DNA from: Octopus vulgaris
Taxonomy: Eukaryota
Direction of reading: 5' to 3'
Assembly (NCBI GenBank): GCA_951406725.2
Contig: OX597828.1
Coordinates: 58,714,001-58,778,000 of the forward strand
DNA: 64,000 bases
This document shows, piece after piece, positions 1 through 15,377 of the stretch; position 1 is the stretch's first letter, and each line of letters begins with the position of its first letter. The translations under genes were made by a program, and so were the position numbers. The notes beneath the pieces were generated by a model. It worked only from the letters and a program-made list of their open reading frames with translations, was not told the DNA's origin and made no database searches.

Positions 1-367
1 CGCTTTATTAGTTGGTTTTTCCAGTTTCTATCGGATTATGTTTATGAGTGGGTAGAATTACATGGTGGATGGGTACGTATTTAACATTTTGTTTCTTTCT
101 GCTTTTAAATGCATAAATATATGGAATTAAAAATTTAATTGTTATTTTAATTTATAAAGAAAAACAAAAGGAAAGAGCTTCTCTTTGGTAATTTTCTTTT
201 TGTTATCTAAAAGTAATGTTTATTTTGTCTCACCTTTATTACTCTCATTGACAATCAGATATTATTGTCAAACCAACAAGCAAGCCTCTAGAAATAGCAG
301 CCAAATCTCCCTCAAATCATATCCTACCACCTTGAAACAAAAGTACATCTCAGACAATGTAGTTATA

Positions 368-715
368 GATCATCATCATCATCGTTGTTGTTTAATGTCC
401 GCTTTCCATGCTGGCATGGGTTGGACAATTTGACTGAGGACTGGCGAACCAGGCTCCAATCTGATCTGGCAGAGTTTCTACAGCTGGATACCTTTCCTAA
501 TGGCAACCACTCCGAGAAGGTAGTGGGTGCTTTTATGTGCCAGTCAGGCAGTACTGGCAACACCATGCTGAAATGGTGTTTTTTACGTGCCACCTGCACA
601 GGGGCCAGTCCAGTGGTACTGGCAACGACCTCACTTGAATGTTTTTTCACGTACCACTGGCACAAGTGCCAGTAAGGCGACGCTAGTAATGATCATGCTC
701 GAATGGTGCTTTTTT
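368..715 (-). mobile_element. RTE LINE 3' end with (GAT)n tail, representative of many copies
   Basis: Same sequence as 45817-46200. Other copies near 11960-12415(-), 15671-15870(-), 19090-19245(+), 20612-20837(+), 24478-24688(+), 25983-26307(-), 26583-26875(+), 35675-35878(+), 36968-37323(+), 39463-39710(-), 40240-40830(-), 41185-41495(+), 42227-42552(-), 57392-57650(-). Confidence 0.85.
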
Positions 716-1467
716 TTTGTGTGTTTACATTCCCATAACATAGTGGTTTGGCAAAAGAGACCAATCAAATAACTACCAGGCTTGAGGGGAAAAAAAGTAT
801 TGGGGTTGATTCATTCAACTAAAATTCTTCAATGTGGCGCCCCAGCATAGCTATAGTCTAATGACTGAAACAAGCAAAAGATAAAAGATACAGCTATAAG
901 TTAACTAAAACCTTGTGTGTGGAATTTTGTAGGTAGAAACTGTGTAAGTCTTTTGTACACATCTGTGTTTGTTTAGACTGGTCTTAAGAAAGCATGAACC
1001 ATGCAGTTTATGTTGTATCCTATGATGGGTTGTACTGTAGCACTTTGACGAATATAGCTCAATAAAATAAGTAAAAAGAGTAAAGACCCCCTTCGGTCAT
1101 AAATGATTATGGGAATGCACCTAGAACGTTCCTTCCGAGGCACAAGTCCAGGCAAGGTTGTTTTATGGAAGACCAGCACTCACCCATGCATACTAGGTTC
1201 CCCTCTCCATGCCACTGATATTATCTGAGGGAGAGGCAAAGGGGCCGATACAGCTTGGCACCAGTGATGTCTCAACTTATTTCCACAGCTGAGTGGGCTG
1301 GAGCAACATGAAATAAAGTGTCTTGCTCAAGAACAAAACACACAGCCTGATGCAGAAATCGAAATAACTACCTCATGATTGTGAGCCTGTACTAGAACAA
1401 CTAAATCCTTGAGGTTAGTGCTCCATCATGGTTGCAGTCCAGTGACTGAAGCCAGTAAAAGCAACTA

Positions 1468-1945
1468 CACTGTGTAACATGATTTTTGTCCTTGGGTAGC
1501 AACTGTTATTTCCTATTTGCTTACTCTTAGAAAATATGAAGAACGGTTAATATTTCCTTCAAACTTTGCTTTTGTTTCAAAGAATTTCTCTCAGCATATG
1601 GCTATGATACTCCCCACACTACTCCTGCTCATGGTCAGAAATGCACATACTGTCAGCCACTAAGGGACATGCACAACTGGTTATGATCAAGCCATTAACA
1701 AACAAATCTGTGGTACTGTGCAGAATCCTTCCTATAATGATATTTCTGCTTCAGCAATTCAGCACTTAATCTGTCTGAAATGTAATGGAAAATAGGTCAG
1801 TTTCAAAACATTGATGTCCAGATAAGAAAAGCAAAATTTGAAGGGAATTGTAGTCATTTCCTTTGATTTCTAAAGAGAGGCAAATAGGAAATAACTCTTA
1901 CTGACCAAAGACAGTAATAAAAAAACCAACTTTTGTTACACAGTG
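1468..1945. mobile_element. TA-flanked MITE (TIR CACTGTGTAAC); second, inverted copy at about 15899-16634
   Basis: TA-CACTGTGTAAC...GTTACACAGTG-TA; internal sequence is the reverse complement of 15900-16634, which carries a SINE insertion. Confidence 0.75.
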
Positions 1946-2170
1946 TAATGGGTTGTACTGTAGCGCTTTGACAAATATAGACCAATATAATAAGTACTGC
2001 AACAACTAAACCCTGGAGGTCAGTGCTCCAGCATGGTTGCAGTCAAGTGATTGAAACAAGTAAAAGCAACCAGAAACTATTTGACAAGCTGAGAGATAAA
2101 GACAACCAGCATTTAATTCTTTACCATTGATACCATTTGTGTTGCAAAACATTTGATACAGAGATGCTTA

Positions 2171-2932
2171 TCCTTCATTCTCCTGTCATTGCCTCCGTGA
2201 GGCTCAATGTTCAAAGGTCATGCTTCACCACCTCATCCCATGTCTTCCTGGGTCTACCTCTTCCACAGGTTCCTTCCACAGTTAGGGAGTGGCACTTCCA
2301 CACCCAGCTGACCTCATCCATACGTAACACATGACCATACCAGCACAGTCGTCTCTCTTGCACTCCACATTTGATGCTTCTTATGCCCAACTTTTCTCTC
2401 AGGGCATTTACACTCTGCCATGTGTGCTCACTGACATCACTCATCCAGTGGATCATACCAGCTTCATTTCTTTCAAGCCTATGTATGTCCTCAGCATTCA
2501 TGGCCCATGTTTCACTGCCTTGTAGTATGGCAGTTCACACACATGCATCATACAGTCTACTTTTCATCTTGAGCAAGAGGCCCTTAGTTACCAGCAGAGG
2601 TAGGAGCTCCCCAAACTTTGCCCAGGCTATTCTTATTCTAGCCACTTACACTCTCAGAGCAACTGCCCCCACTACAGACTTGGTTGCCTAGGTAGCAGAA
2701 GCTATTAACTACATCTAGTTTCTTCCCCTGGCATGTGATGAAATCTGTTTTCTGTACATCTTTGGTGTTTATTGCCCCTGTGCATCTGCCACACACAAAA
2801 TTCTATCTTCCCGGTTAACCTTCCTTTGATATTGCTGCACCTTTTATGTGTCTATAGCTTACACCACGTATATCATATGGAGTTTCTACCCATGCCTTTT
2901 CTATAGATTGAACAGAGCCATCTACCTGGAGG
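2171..2932 (-). mobile_element. RTE LINE ORF C-terminal fragment, degenerate
   Basis: ERRLCWYGHVLRM and [20 protein letters not shown]; homologous to 46480-47210. Confidence 0.88.
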
Positions 2933-3195
2933 GTATAAACTTTCTGTAAAAATTAACTACTCCTAAAAATTCTCTGAGTAGAAGTTAATTAAGATGTGTG
3001 CACCCATAATAATATATTTTAGTAACATGTGTTACATAAGTGTCTCACTCTGAGTGTGATAAGTAGAACACAGGTAACTGAAATGTGTGACATGTATGAG
3101 ACTCATTCAAATGCCAGGTCTGAAGCAAAAGCTGTATTGAAGTTGCCTATTATTAGTTTCCTTTTTTTTTCTCCTTATATTATTGTTTATTGATG

Positions 3196-3230
<35 letters not shown>

Positions 3231-3449
3231 CCTTCTTCTTCTTCTTTGTTTGACTTTCGCATTACATTTGTACAAGTTGGCTCCAAGTCTCACCCAGAGA
3301 CCTCATGAGACCTCAAGAGTTGGAAGTTCATGCTGGTGTTATGCCTAGGGTGCCATATATTTGGTTTTATACTTAGTGTTGTACTAGTGAATGTCTAAAA
3401 AACCATACAACAATTATGTTTGTTTTAAAACTTGAGATTACAACTTGAG

Positions 3450-3496
<47 letters not shown>

Positions 3497-5329
3497 TGTT
3501 GTTGTTGTTATTATTATTATTACTATCATTATTGTTGTTGTTATTATTATTATTATTAATATTTTTGCATTTTTTCTTTTCAGTTTGCTGTTTTGAACCC
3601 AACATACTACAACAAGTATATAATGCTTAGCACTGTTGTTGCTTGTATGCTAGCCATAGGTATTTACAGATGGATGAAAAGATAGCAAGTTCACTAACAA
3701 TTAATATTTTTACAGTCTTTGTTTTTCTCCATCTCATACACAAACACAAACACACATACGTTATACTTTGTTTATTTTGGAAAGGTGAGAAAAAAAAATT
3801 TGAAACAATTCTCAATATTCTTGCCAAATGACAAATTATTTTCATCAGAAACATTGTAATAATGCCATTTAATTTGACTGAGCAATTTGAAAATTTAAAA
3901 AAAAAAGGGATCTGCAGATTTTCCACTGCTATCAGATAGGTTTGAATAATTTGTACTTCACGTGTTTCTTGATGAAATCTCAGATCTAAGATTCTTAGAT
4001 CATTTGGAACTTTGTTAAAGAAGAATGCTGAAAATGTGTCCAAATATTGTCTGAACTTACCAACTGCGTTCAGTGTCGAAATTTTGAAAGTTTATTCTAT
4101 TCGGTTTTAAATTCAGCAATTTCTGAAATTTATTTTCATTTTGGAGTATCTCTGATCGCTCTCACTCCGGGGACATATTTTGTTCCCACTAAATTAAATA
4201 AAATGTTTTCATTGATAACTTAAAATGAGTTACATAGAATATTTATGAATGACACATTTTTCATAAGAATGAAATTACAAATTTTCTACTTCCAGTTGAA
4301 ATTCTGAATCGGACAATGAATGTTTCATTCTCAGAGCCTAACATTTGTTTTGTTAAGTTACTTCAGTAAATTAAATCTGTCTGTCTGTCTTTTCTCTCTC
4401 TCTCTCTCATATAAATTATCGCATACAAATTATTTGCGCCCAGCTTCTCAATCATTCTACCTCCCATGATTTCCAATGATTTAATACATCTTGATGAAAC
4501 ATTCATATCTTATTAGAATTTTTTCTGTACAGACATATATAAATATATAGATTATATTCCATATACATGTGTGTGTGTGTGTGTGCAGGGGAGGGGTAAA
4601 TATGGCTATATGTATAAAAATATAAACATATCCATTATTCATGTGTATGTGTGTATATATATTTATATATATGTGTGTGAGTGTGTGTATATATCTATAT
4701 GTATATGTGTGTGTGTGTATATCTATATGTATATGTGTGTGTGTGTATATACATACATGCATACATACATACATACATACATACATACATACATACATAC
4801 ATACATACATACATGCATGCATGCAGGTAACCCCAACATTACTGAAAATTTGGCTGAAGCATGGAGTTCTGTAATGCGAAACTTAATTTCCCAGTGATTT
4901 TGTGTTATAAATTGAGATGTGTTCTGTTGAATGGTTGTGTGTTTAAGATGTTCAATCCTCAGCCATGTGATTTCAGGTTCAGTCTTGATGTATGCTACCT
5001 TGGGGGGCAAGTGTCATCTACTGCAGTCCCAGGCTAACCAATGCCTTGTAAGTGAATTTGACATTGTAAGTTCAAGTTGAATGATGTCCATCTTATATGT
5101 ATATATTCATGTGTGTGTGTGTGTGTGTCTTTATATACATATATATATATCAACAAGATATTGTGACAATACAAAAACTGTAGGGTCTAAAGAAACTATA
5201 GAAGTTACTTCAGTATATTAAATCTGTCTGTCTGTCTTTTCTCTCTCTCTCTCTTTCTCTGTGGAGCTTCTGTATTCCCTTCAATTCTTCATTAGATAAA
5301 CTTTCTCTTCCCTCTGGGACTCTAGCAAT

Positions 5330-6300
5330 GCCACCCTATCATTGAATCTTCTATAGTTTCTTTAGACCCTACATTTTTTTCTATTGTCACAATATCTTGT
5401 TGAACTTGATGTCAACTTTCACCTGTGGAAAACCTATAAAGTCATTGATGTAGTCTGACCCTATATTGTGCCAAACACCATTCATAGCTGAGGGTTTCAT
5501 TTTATCCCATGATTCAGCTATGTTTATCAACAATGCTGAACATTGAGCTTTTTCCAGAATCCTCTGAATGCTCCAAACCAATTGCTTTTATGAATTGCAT
5601 AAAAGTTCTCAGCTTGCCTTGATTTTAACTATCTCACCTCGATCCATTGACTGGAGCAAAGAAGTTGAGTTACTGGAGATATATTCAACTCTCAATTTTC
5701 AGAAAGATAATTTGAGTTCACTTGATTGCTTGATGCATTGTTAAAAAAGGAGCAATGCTTTGTTGAAAATATGCTTGACACGGTACCTTTTTACTGCAGG
5801 GCAAAAAATGTTGTTTGTAAACCAGTCTTAAAAAAAGGCTCAAATCATCCAAGCTTATTTGAATACCAAATCACAGACAGATTAAACTTACTTTAGCCCT
5901 TGAAAACCCTAGGATTTTAGGAGTGATCCAATTTAAAGAATTTATATTCATATGCCCTGCAGTATTTCCTCCTACAAAGATCATCATGCGATTTTTGGAA
6001 GCTTTGAACTCTGGTGCTAATTTTCCTTCGCTTTCATTAGAACTTCTTCATAGGTACACACTTTGAGATAATCCCTGTCATTCACATTGTACACTTGTTT
6101 TGGTGAATACTTCTGTCAGCAATAACTTTTGTCAGTTCCACAGCGTAATTAGTAGCAACCTATGTATCAGCACTAGTAGCTTCACCAGACATTTTAACTT
6201 TCAAACCAGTGATTGCTAGCAAGAAAAAGTTTTGCACCATCCACTTTCAGCAAATAATCATAAAAACATTTAGCTTTCACTCAAATGACCATCACATTTA
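5330..6300 (-). mobile_element. Tigger/pogo transposase remnant
   Basis: Minus-strand peptides SGEATSAD, FKASKNRMMIFVGGNTAG, NPRVFKG and SNSTSLLQSMD; heavily degraded. Confidence 0.8.
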
Positions 6301-7769
6301 TTGACATTTTATTCATTCTGATGGCCATGCCACACCCTCAAGAACCATTCCAAGTGTCCCTTCCTATCTGTGGGAGTTGGGTAGAAAAAGGAAAACAATG
6401 CCCAGGTATTTAACAGAGTAGCTACTGAAGCACCAAACCTGTTGTTCATCTGTAGGCATCACAACCTTTAACTATTTTGTTAACATATGCTACCTTTGTT
6501 TCAATTAATTTTTAAAATAATGAAGAATTTATTAAAATAACTTTCTCATTATTAAGCTGGGGTTTGGAACAATTTATCCAAAAATTTTAATGGAAGATTA
6601 TAATTTAGACTACTTTAAAACAGTAAATTTCGGTCATAGATTTTGGGGTAGTCTCAGGTGGGATGATATCAAAAGGGTTAATGTTTTTGCTGGGTTTTCC
6701 TCCTGTTTGAAACCTTTGTAAAACAGCTGTATTAACCCAGGATAATCCCTGAACCCTTCAGGCATTCAAACCAGCCATATCCAGCCCCAAATGTTTTCCC
6801 TGTTTTTGTCGGAACCTGGCCTCTCACACCTACCCTACAATGTTATTCTAAAAATATACAATCACATCTTTGCAATATTAAAATTACAAGATAATGCGTG
6901 ATTAATTCAAAACCGTGTGAATAAATAAGCAGAGAACATTTGACAGAATAATTTGAATGCTTCAGGCATTAATGACGCCTTTTCATATTACTGGCATCAC
7001 TTCCACTTGATGGTTACTTTCTGGCTGTACTTTACCTTAGCATACATCTTAAAAACATGCTACACCTTATAATTTAGTGGTTAAATACTATGAAATTCTC
7101 CATTAAAGAGTAACATGCTGAAGTCTGAAGAAATTAGTGATATTCTATATTCAGCAAAAAGTAGTTTTGTGACTTCAAAGGTAAAAATATGAATGTGTAA
7201 ATGAAAAAAGTAAGGCAAAAGTGAGAGGAAGCACTGTTGGCACCAAGATCCCAGTCAGTTGAATTGATGCATGCAGAAAGAAAATGGAGAGATGCCAAGG
7301 AGTGAGTGGCATCTGGAAAATATGCTGAGATCAATAGACAACAAGGTTGGCTCAATTTGTGTAGGTGATGAGGAGGTGTGCAAAAATGACACTTTTGTGA
7401 TTTAAAAGCTTTTAAAATTGTTTTACAATTTACATAAGGGTACTATTCCATAACCTTTGTTTTGGGGATGTAGGGGATGCCTTTATGTATGTATGTGTAT
7501 GTTTGGTTTAATATATACACTGATATATATATACAGTATGTATATACATATGTGTGTGTATGTATGTATATATATATATATATCACCATGCATATATTGT
7601 ATGTTGATATATATGCACACATTCATACCTGTACACATGTATATATGTGTATATATATATATATATATATGAATATATGTATGTACATATATATATGTGT
7701 ATGTATGTACATATGTGTATGTATATATTTATATATATGTACATATATATTTATGTATGTATATATATA

Positions 7770-7809
<40 letters not shown>

Positions 7810-8729
7810 TATTGATAAAATATCCATCATTATGGCTAATGAACTTTCGAACTTTATAATTGTCCTTTTTCGCAATCAATGACAATAAATCCTAATGGTG
7901 GGCATCCTTTGAATTTTAACGATGTTTCAAATTGCTAGTGTGAAATATTAATTTTGCTAAACTTTCTATGTTAAAATCATTATCGTTATCTTTCGCAATG
8001 TTTCCATCCTAGTTTGTATTGACTAATTTAATTTTTTTTAAGAATTCAACTTTGGAAAACATTTTTGCTTTAAATTTAGGTTAGTGAAAATTTCTTTCAA
8101 AAGTTTAAATCAATTTTTCTTTAAATTTAAAAAATTTACTTAAATTTTTAAAAGTTGTTAATTTCATAAATCTACTTTGATTTTAAAAAGCTATTTTTTT
8201 TTAATTTTATAAATTTCCTTTAATTTGTAAAAAATGTCTAAAAAAAATTAGCGAAGTTAATATTCAAAAATTTTTTTAAAAATTTAATTCTTTAAATTTT
8301 ATTATTCATCAAAATAGTTTTTTTCTTTCTTTCTCTTTTTTCTTTATGGGTGATATAAAATAATTATTGCAGTTTTCAAATGAACTCATTTAAAATAAAA
8401 CAGAAAATTAAAAAAAAACATATTGACTTATTTGAAATTGTTTGTGGTTACCTTGCAAATTCTTACAAATTTTTAAAATTTTAGTTTTTCAAATAATTTT
8501 TGTTAATGCTTCTATTTTAACTTAATCTAATTATATATAACTTTTTTTTTCTAATTTTTTTTCTTTTTATTATAAAATTATGAAAATTTCTAAACAGTTT
8601 CATTATCCCAAAAAATTTGTGCAGTTTTAATAATAATAAGTGAGGTGGCGGCTGAAAATCTATTTGTGTCAGTGTGTATACATACATACATATATTTGTA
8701 TACCTATATATACATGTATACCTATACGA

Positions 8730-8765
<36 letters not shown>

Positions 8766-8808
8766 GTACATGTATACCTATATGTATTTATAAATATATA
8801 TACATATA

Positions 8809-8847
<39 letters not shown>

Positions 8848-9278
8848 ATGTATATATACATATATTCAAACACACACACATATATATATATAGGCACATG
8901 TTTACCTATATATATATATCTGTATATGTGTGTGTCTGTGTGTATGTATGTTTATATATAAATGTATATACTGTAATTGCCAGCATATAAGGTGTATTTT
9001 TTTATTTGTTTTTTTTTTCTTCCTATTTCTAAACCCTGCATTTAATGTGGCTGTATTGCAAATGGGACACTAAGCATTGTATGCTAATGGGCTGGGTGAG
9101 CATAAGTCGGCTAGACACAGTAAATGTTATTAATAATGAAATAGTTAAAACAGGACAAAATTTCAGTGTTAGCACAAACTTATTATCGTCTCATTTTGCC
9201 TCCTTCCTCAGCATATGTAATTCACACTTAATATGGGACTTATATTATTTAATGGCTGTGTTAATTTTAAGTAGGATG

Positions 9279-9612
9279 AGACCCCTTTGGTCATGAATGA
9301 CCATGGGATTGCACCTGGAAAGTTACCCTCCGAGGTACAAGTCTGGGCAAGGTTGTTTATGGAAGACCAGTAGTCGCCTATGCATACCAGCCTCCCCTTT
9401 ACATACCACTGATGTCATCCAAGGGAAAGACAAAGGTCGATACAGCTTGGCACCAGTGACATCGCAACTCATTTCTACAGCTGAGTGAACTGGAGCGAGA
9501 TAAAATAAAGTGTCTTGCTCAAGGACATAATACGCAGCCTGGTCCAGGAACCGAACTCACAACCTCACAATTGTAAGCTTCACGCTCTAATCACTGAGTC
9601 ATGCACCTTCAC
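9279..9612 (-). mobile_element. SINE-like repeat family C; second copy at about 1084-1388
   Basis: Two homologous copies beginning AGACCCC(C/T)TT(C/T)GGTCAT, tRNA-like head at the right end. Confidence 0.7.
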
Positions 9613-10087
9613 TTTAAGTAAAAAAATTTTTTCTTAAATTAAGTAAATGAAAACTTCTCCAAGAAAGATGATTGTCAACCTTCGTCCTTCACCTATTTGC
9701 TGATGATGACAAAACTATAGCAAAGGTGCTTCATGCTTGTGGCTGATCATTATTACATAATGCATCACAGCCAGAGATATAAGTTGTACATCCTGTATGA
9801 CAATACCCTTGGGTAAAATATAAAATAAACTATACAGTAGAACTGAACAAAGATAAGGTTGAAATATGGAACATATTTTCATAGTTTATTTATGATAAAT
9901 TTATGGTTTTCTGCATTATTTCAGCGTTCTCTTGTATATGTTTACATACGTAATTGTACATTTTCTCCTAAAAAAAAATGTTAATATATCTTTCAGTAAG
10001 GTTATAATGAAACATTAAATTTGTTTTTTTCTGAAAAATATTCTTGTAAAATAGGGATGCTGCCTAGTATAGTTTGAATGTGTGAGT

Positions 10088-11124
<1,037 letters not shown>

Positions 11125-11436
11125 TTTTTGCTTGGAGCTATTGCAAGAGGATATTCAACTGATTAAATGATTCTGGCAATAGAAAAGAAAAGGTTTTCTT
11201 TCATTTCTTTTTGTTTGATTTTTTCTTTGTTTTGTAAAAAAAAAATGTTATATTCTTCTGAATACACGTTTCTCCTTTTTACAAATTTTGTTTTACTATT
11301 TTATTTGCTTAAAAATCTTTTCTAATTTTTTTTTAATTTTATTTTATACTAAAATAAGAAAAACAAAAAAGTTTTCTATCTGCTCAACTGGAAATAAAAT
11401 AATGTTAAATAAATAATGAATTATTTTATTTATTTA

Positions 11437-11794
11437 TTAGCACTATGACCCTGCAACACCGGGTCATAGTGCTAGTGCATGCATATACAGCTGCGTGCGT
11501 GCGCACATACACTCGAGTACTGTCCAAATCTCCGACCAATCCCATACAGCTAGCTGGCATTCAATTGGCGTATCAAGTTTCGGGCATTTTGATTGGGTTT
11601 TGGATAGAAAATTCACAAAAAAGTCACTTCTATTGATTTTTTAATGGCTTTGCGGGGTGACTGGGGAAATGTAAAGATGTGCACGACCACCCTTGGACGG
11701 TTTTCAATGACCATAGAAAGTGTGAGTCCTCTAACTGAAAAATTGTGGATTTGTATAAAGGACGCAGACATTTTGCCATTTATATATAGAGAGA
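11437..11794 (-). mobile_element. Non-autonomous Helitron
   Basis: Minus strand starts A|TCTCTCTATATATAAA and ends CTAA|T (CTRR), with a 14-bp terminal hairpin TAGCACTATGACCC/GGGTCATAGTGCTA at 11438-11474. Confidence 0.7.
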
Positions 11795-14700
11795 TGATGT
11801 TCTGATCAAACACAGAATGTAGATTAAGATGTGATTTCTCTTGTTTTCCTCAAGTGATAAGCATGTGTCTGAGGATGAACATTATGAATACATTGAAACT
11901 GTTTAGAATTGTAACCATTGCATGGAGACAAGTTGAAACACTTTATCACTATAATGTACTCATCATCATCATTTAACGTCCGCTTTCCATGCTGGCATGG
12001 GTTGGACGATTTGACTGAGGTCTGGCGAACCAGACTCCAATCTGATCTGGCAGAGTTTCTACAGCTGGATGCCCTTCCTAATGCCAACCACTCCGAGAGT
12101 GTAGTGGGTGCTTTTACATGCCACTGGCACGAGGGCCAGTTTGGTGGTACTGGCAACGGCCATGCCCAAATGGTGCTTCTTACGTGTCACCTGCACAGGA
12201 GCCAGTCTAGCGACGACCTCGCTTGAATGTTTTACGTGCTACCAGCACAAGTGCTAGTAAGGCAACGCAGTAACGATCACGCTCGAATGGTGTGCTTAAC
12301 GTGCCATCGGCACAAAGGCCAGCTTGTTGCTCAGGCAACGATCTCGCTCGTATGGTACTCTTAGCGCTCCACTAGCAACGGTTGCCAGTCACCGAGTTTG
12401 ATTTCGACTTTGATTTCAAACTCGGTGACTGGCATCCGTTGCTTAGCTAAAAACACAAAACAACACAAACAAATTTTCAATTTTAATATTATAAAGATTT
12501 ATTAAGTTTATAATTTTTATTAATAATAATGGATGCTTTTATTAATCACATAATAGTTTTTTTTAGATAGGCACAAGTTCTGAAATTTGTAGGGAGATTA
12601 AATTGGCCCAAGTATTTGACTGGTACATTATTTTATTGAACTTGGAAAGATGAAAAAACAAAGCAACTCAGAATGCAGAGAAGAAACACTGCAGAGAAAT
12701 TTTGTCTGATACTTTAATAATCCTGCTAATCCACTACCTTGATAATGGTTCCAAATTTCGGCACGACGCCAGCAAGTTTGGGAAAAGGACAAGTTGATTA
12801 CATCGACTTCAGTACTCCACTGGTACTTTATTTGATTTTATCAAATTTGCCATAAAGGTAGTGACTTGACCTGAGACAGCATTCACCCGGGGTGGGTTGA
12901 GCTGGCTTCATTCATCCTCAATGCTGCATCTCTCACAAACGCTGACCAGGCCATCATTACAGCTACAGGTCAAGGTGAGGCTGACATTAAAACACGAATC
13001 GACCTCACTCGCCAAGCCTATAAAGGCAGTACATAGAGAAAGGTAGCTTGCTGGCTGGACACGGACATTTGTCCATAAAGTGTAATAAAATTGTAAGAGG
13101 GTTAATACCTCATTCAGTATTTTTAAAAAAAGAACAATGTTTTAGAGAAGCAAATGTCGGTGGGCACTTTTTGTCTTCTCCCATCCTTATCATCCAATGG
13201 TACTTATTTTACCGAACCCGAAAGGATGAAAGTTGACATCAATAGAATTTGAACTTAGAACGCGAAGACAGATGAAATGTTGCTAAGCATTGTGCCAGCT
13301 CACCACCTCCCAATACCTTAATAATAATAATTTATTAAATAGACATAAAGCCTATCTGGGGGGGAAGTGGTGGGTCAACAATGAACTGATGTCAAAACAA
13401 ATGCTGCGGGGCACTTTATCCAGTACTAACAATTCTGCTAAGCCACTATATTGGTAACTTTCTTGTATAGATAGAAGACCTGAAAGTTGCCTGTTTATAT
13501 CATCTCCACTACATACAGGTACTTTATTTTGTCAACCTGTGAGGGATGAAATGCAAAGTCAATCATGGCAGAATTTGAACTCAGAACATCAAAAAAAAAA
13601 AAGAAAAAGAAAAAGACAGACAGACCAAATATGCCACTCTTAACGATGATGCCAATCTCCCTTCTTAATAATAATTGCTTCTAATATAGGCACATCATTA
13701 TCTTCATCATGTGCCTATATATATTTAGGTACAAATCCAGAAATTTGGGGGAAGGAGATTAGTTGATAATAACCACAGTGCTTCAGTGATATTTCAATTA
13801 TTGACTGCTAAGAAGATGAAAGGCAAAGGCAGCCTTGACAGAATGGACCTAATTACCACAAGGTGTTTTTTTACTAATGCTTTACAGATGCTACAAATCA
13901 ACCACACTTATTTATATTTCTTTTAAATTTTGGCACAAGGTCAGCAACCTTGAAGGTAAGTGGGAAGTCGATCACAGCAAACCCAGGGCTCAGGCAGTTC
14001 TTGTTTTATCAATACCGAAAGGATGAAAAGCAAAGTTGACTTCAGCAGCATTTGAACTCGGAAGTGGTGGCACACTGTAAAGCGGTTGGCATTAGGAAGG
14101 GCATCCAACCATATATTTCTTTACTGCCCACAAGGGGCTAAACATAGAGGGGACAAACAAGGACAGACAAAGGGATTAAGTCGATTACATCGACCCCAGT
14201 GTGTAACTGGTACTTAATTTATCGACTCCGAAAGGATGAAAGGCAAAAAGAACTCACAATGTAACAGCAGACGAAATACGGCTATGCATTTCGCCCAGCT
14301 CACATCCAACCATAGAGACCACACCAAATCAGACTGGAACTTGGTGCAGCTATCTAGCTTGCCAGCTCTTGTCAAACTGTCCAACCCATGCCAGCATGAA
14401 AAACAGATGTTAAAGGATGATAAAGATAAAAAACTGGAAGAAATGCTGCTCAGCATTTTGTCTGATCTGGTAACAATTCTGCCAGATTAACTGCATTCAC
14501 TGTTCTTACAAGAAAAGTAAAGATAAGGATGACAGTGTCACATGACAACTTGCTGGGGCTGCCTGCTGGAGCCTAGCGGCAGGTATTTAAAGGGAAAAAT
14601 TTGACAAGTCAGTCGGTCACCGGCTGACACTCACTGACGCTACATCGAAGAGGCCAGGGAACAGAAGAAAGAAGTAGAAAGAAGACATGCACCCAACACC

Positions 14701-15377
14701 AGAGCTGAAGACACCTCCGAAAGGGGAGGGGGCGCCACGTCAAAACGGTAGAGGAGTAGGGGCCGAAACCGGACGTGGTTCCTGCTGATGATGTCTTGAG
14801 CTAACTGGATCCTATAAAGGAGCTGTTGTGGTAGCAGACCACGCAACACGGTTGTAATTCCTCCTAAAACTTAAAGTTTATACTAACCATTTGTTATACA
14901 AACAGAATTAACAATTTAGAGAAAAGAAAATTTGCTGTTTTATTACAAAGTTAATTTTTATGAAATAAAAGGAAAAATATATTGCTCCTAAAATAAACCT
15001 TGCATTTTCCCCCCTCAAAGTCTACAAATATATATAATCACTGTGTTGTGTACACAGATTCTGATAAACAAAATTGTGTTGATGAATAAGAAAACCAATA
15101 AAAAGCAGACAGAATTCAGTTTATTGCTCATATTTATACAGCAGCCAATAAGACGTTGGTGGGTTTGTTGTCAAGACTAATTTTTATGTGTATATCTTAG
15201 AAATATGTCTATAAAAATTGATTTAAATACTATTAAAAAAAAAACACACATTTAAGAGAATTCCTATCACTTAAGCAGTGTAATAATTATTTTAGAAAAT
15301 TGTGATATTTTTAACATATTTTCACTTTATTTACTATTGTCTTTATTTTTATCAAAAAAATGTTTGTTTTTTCGTTT

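Noticed and set aside
7815-8640. Possible degraded Helitron helicase remnant in a very AT-rich stretch
   Set aside because: Only a vague FAMTINK-like resemblance; not supportable
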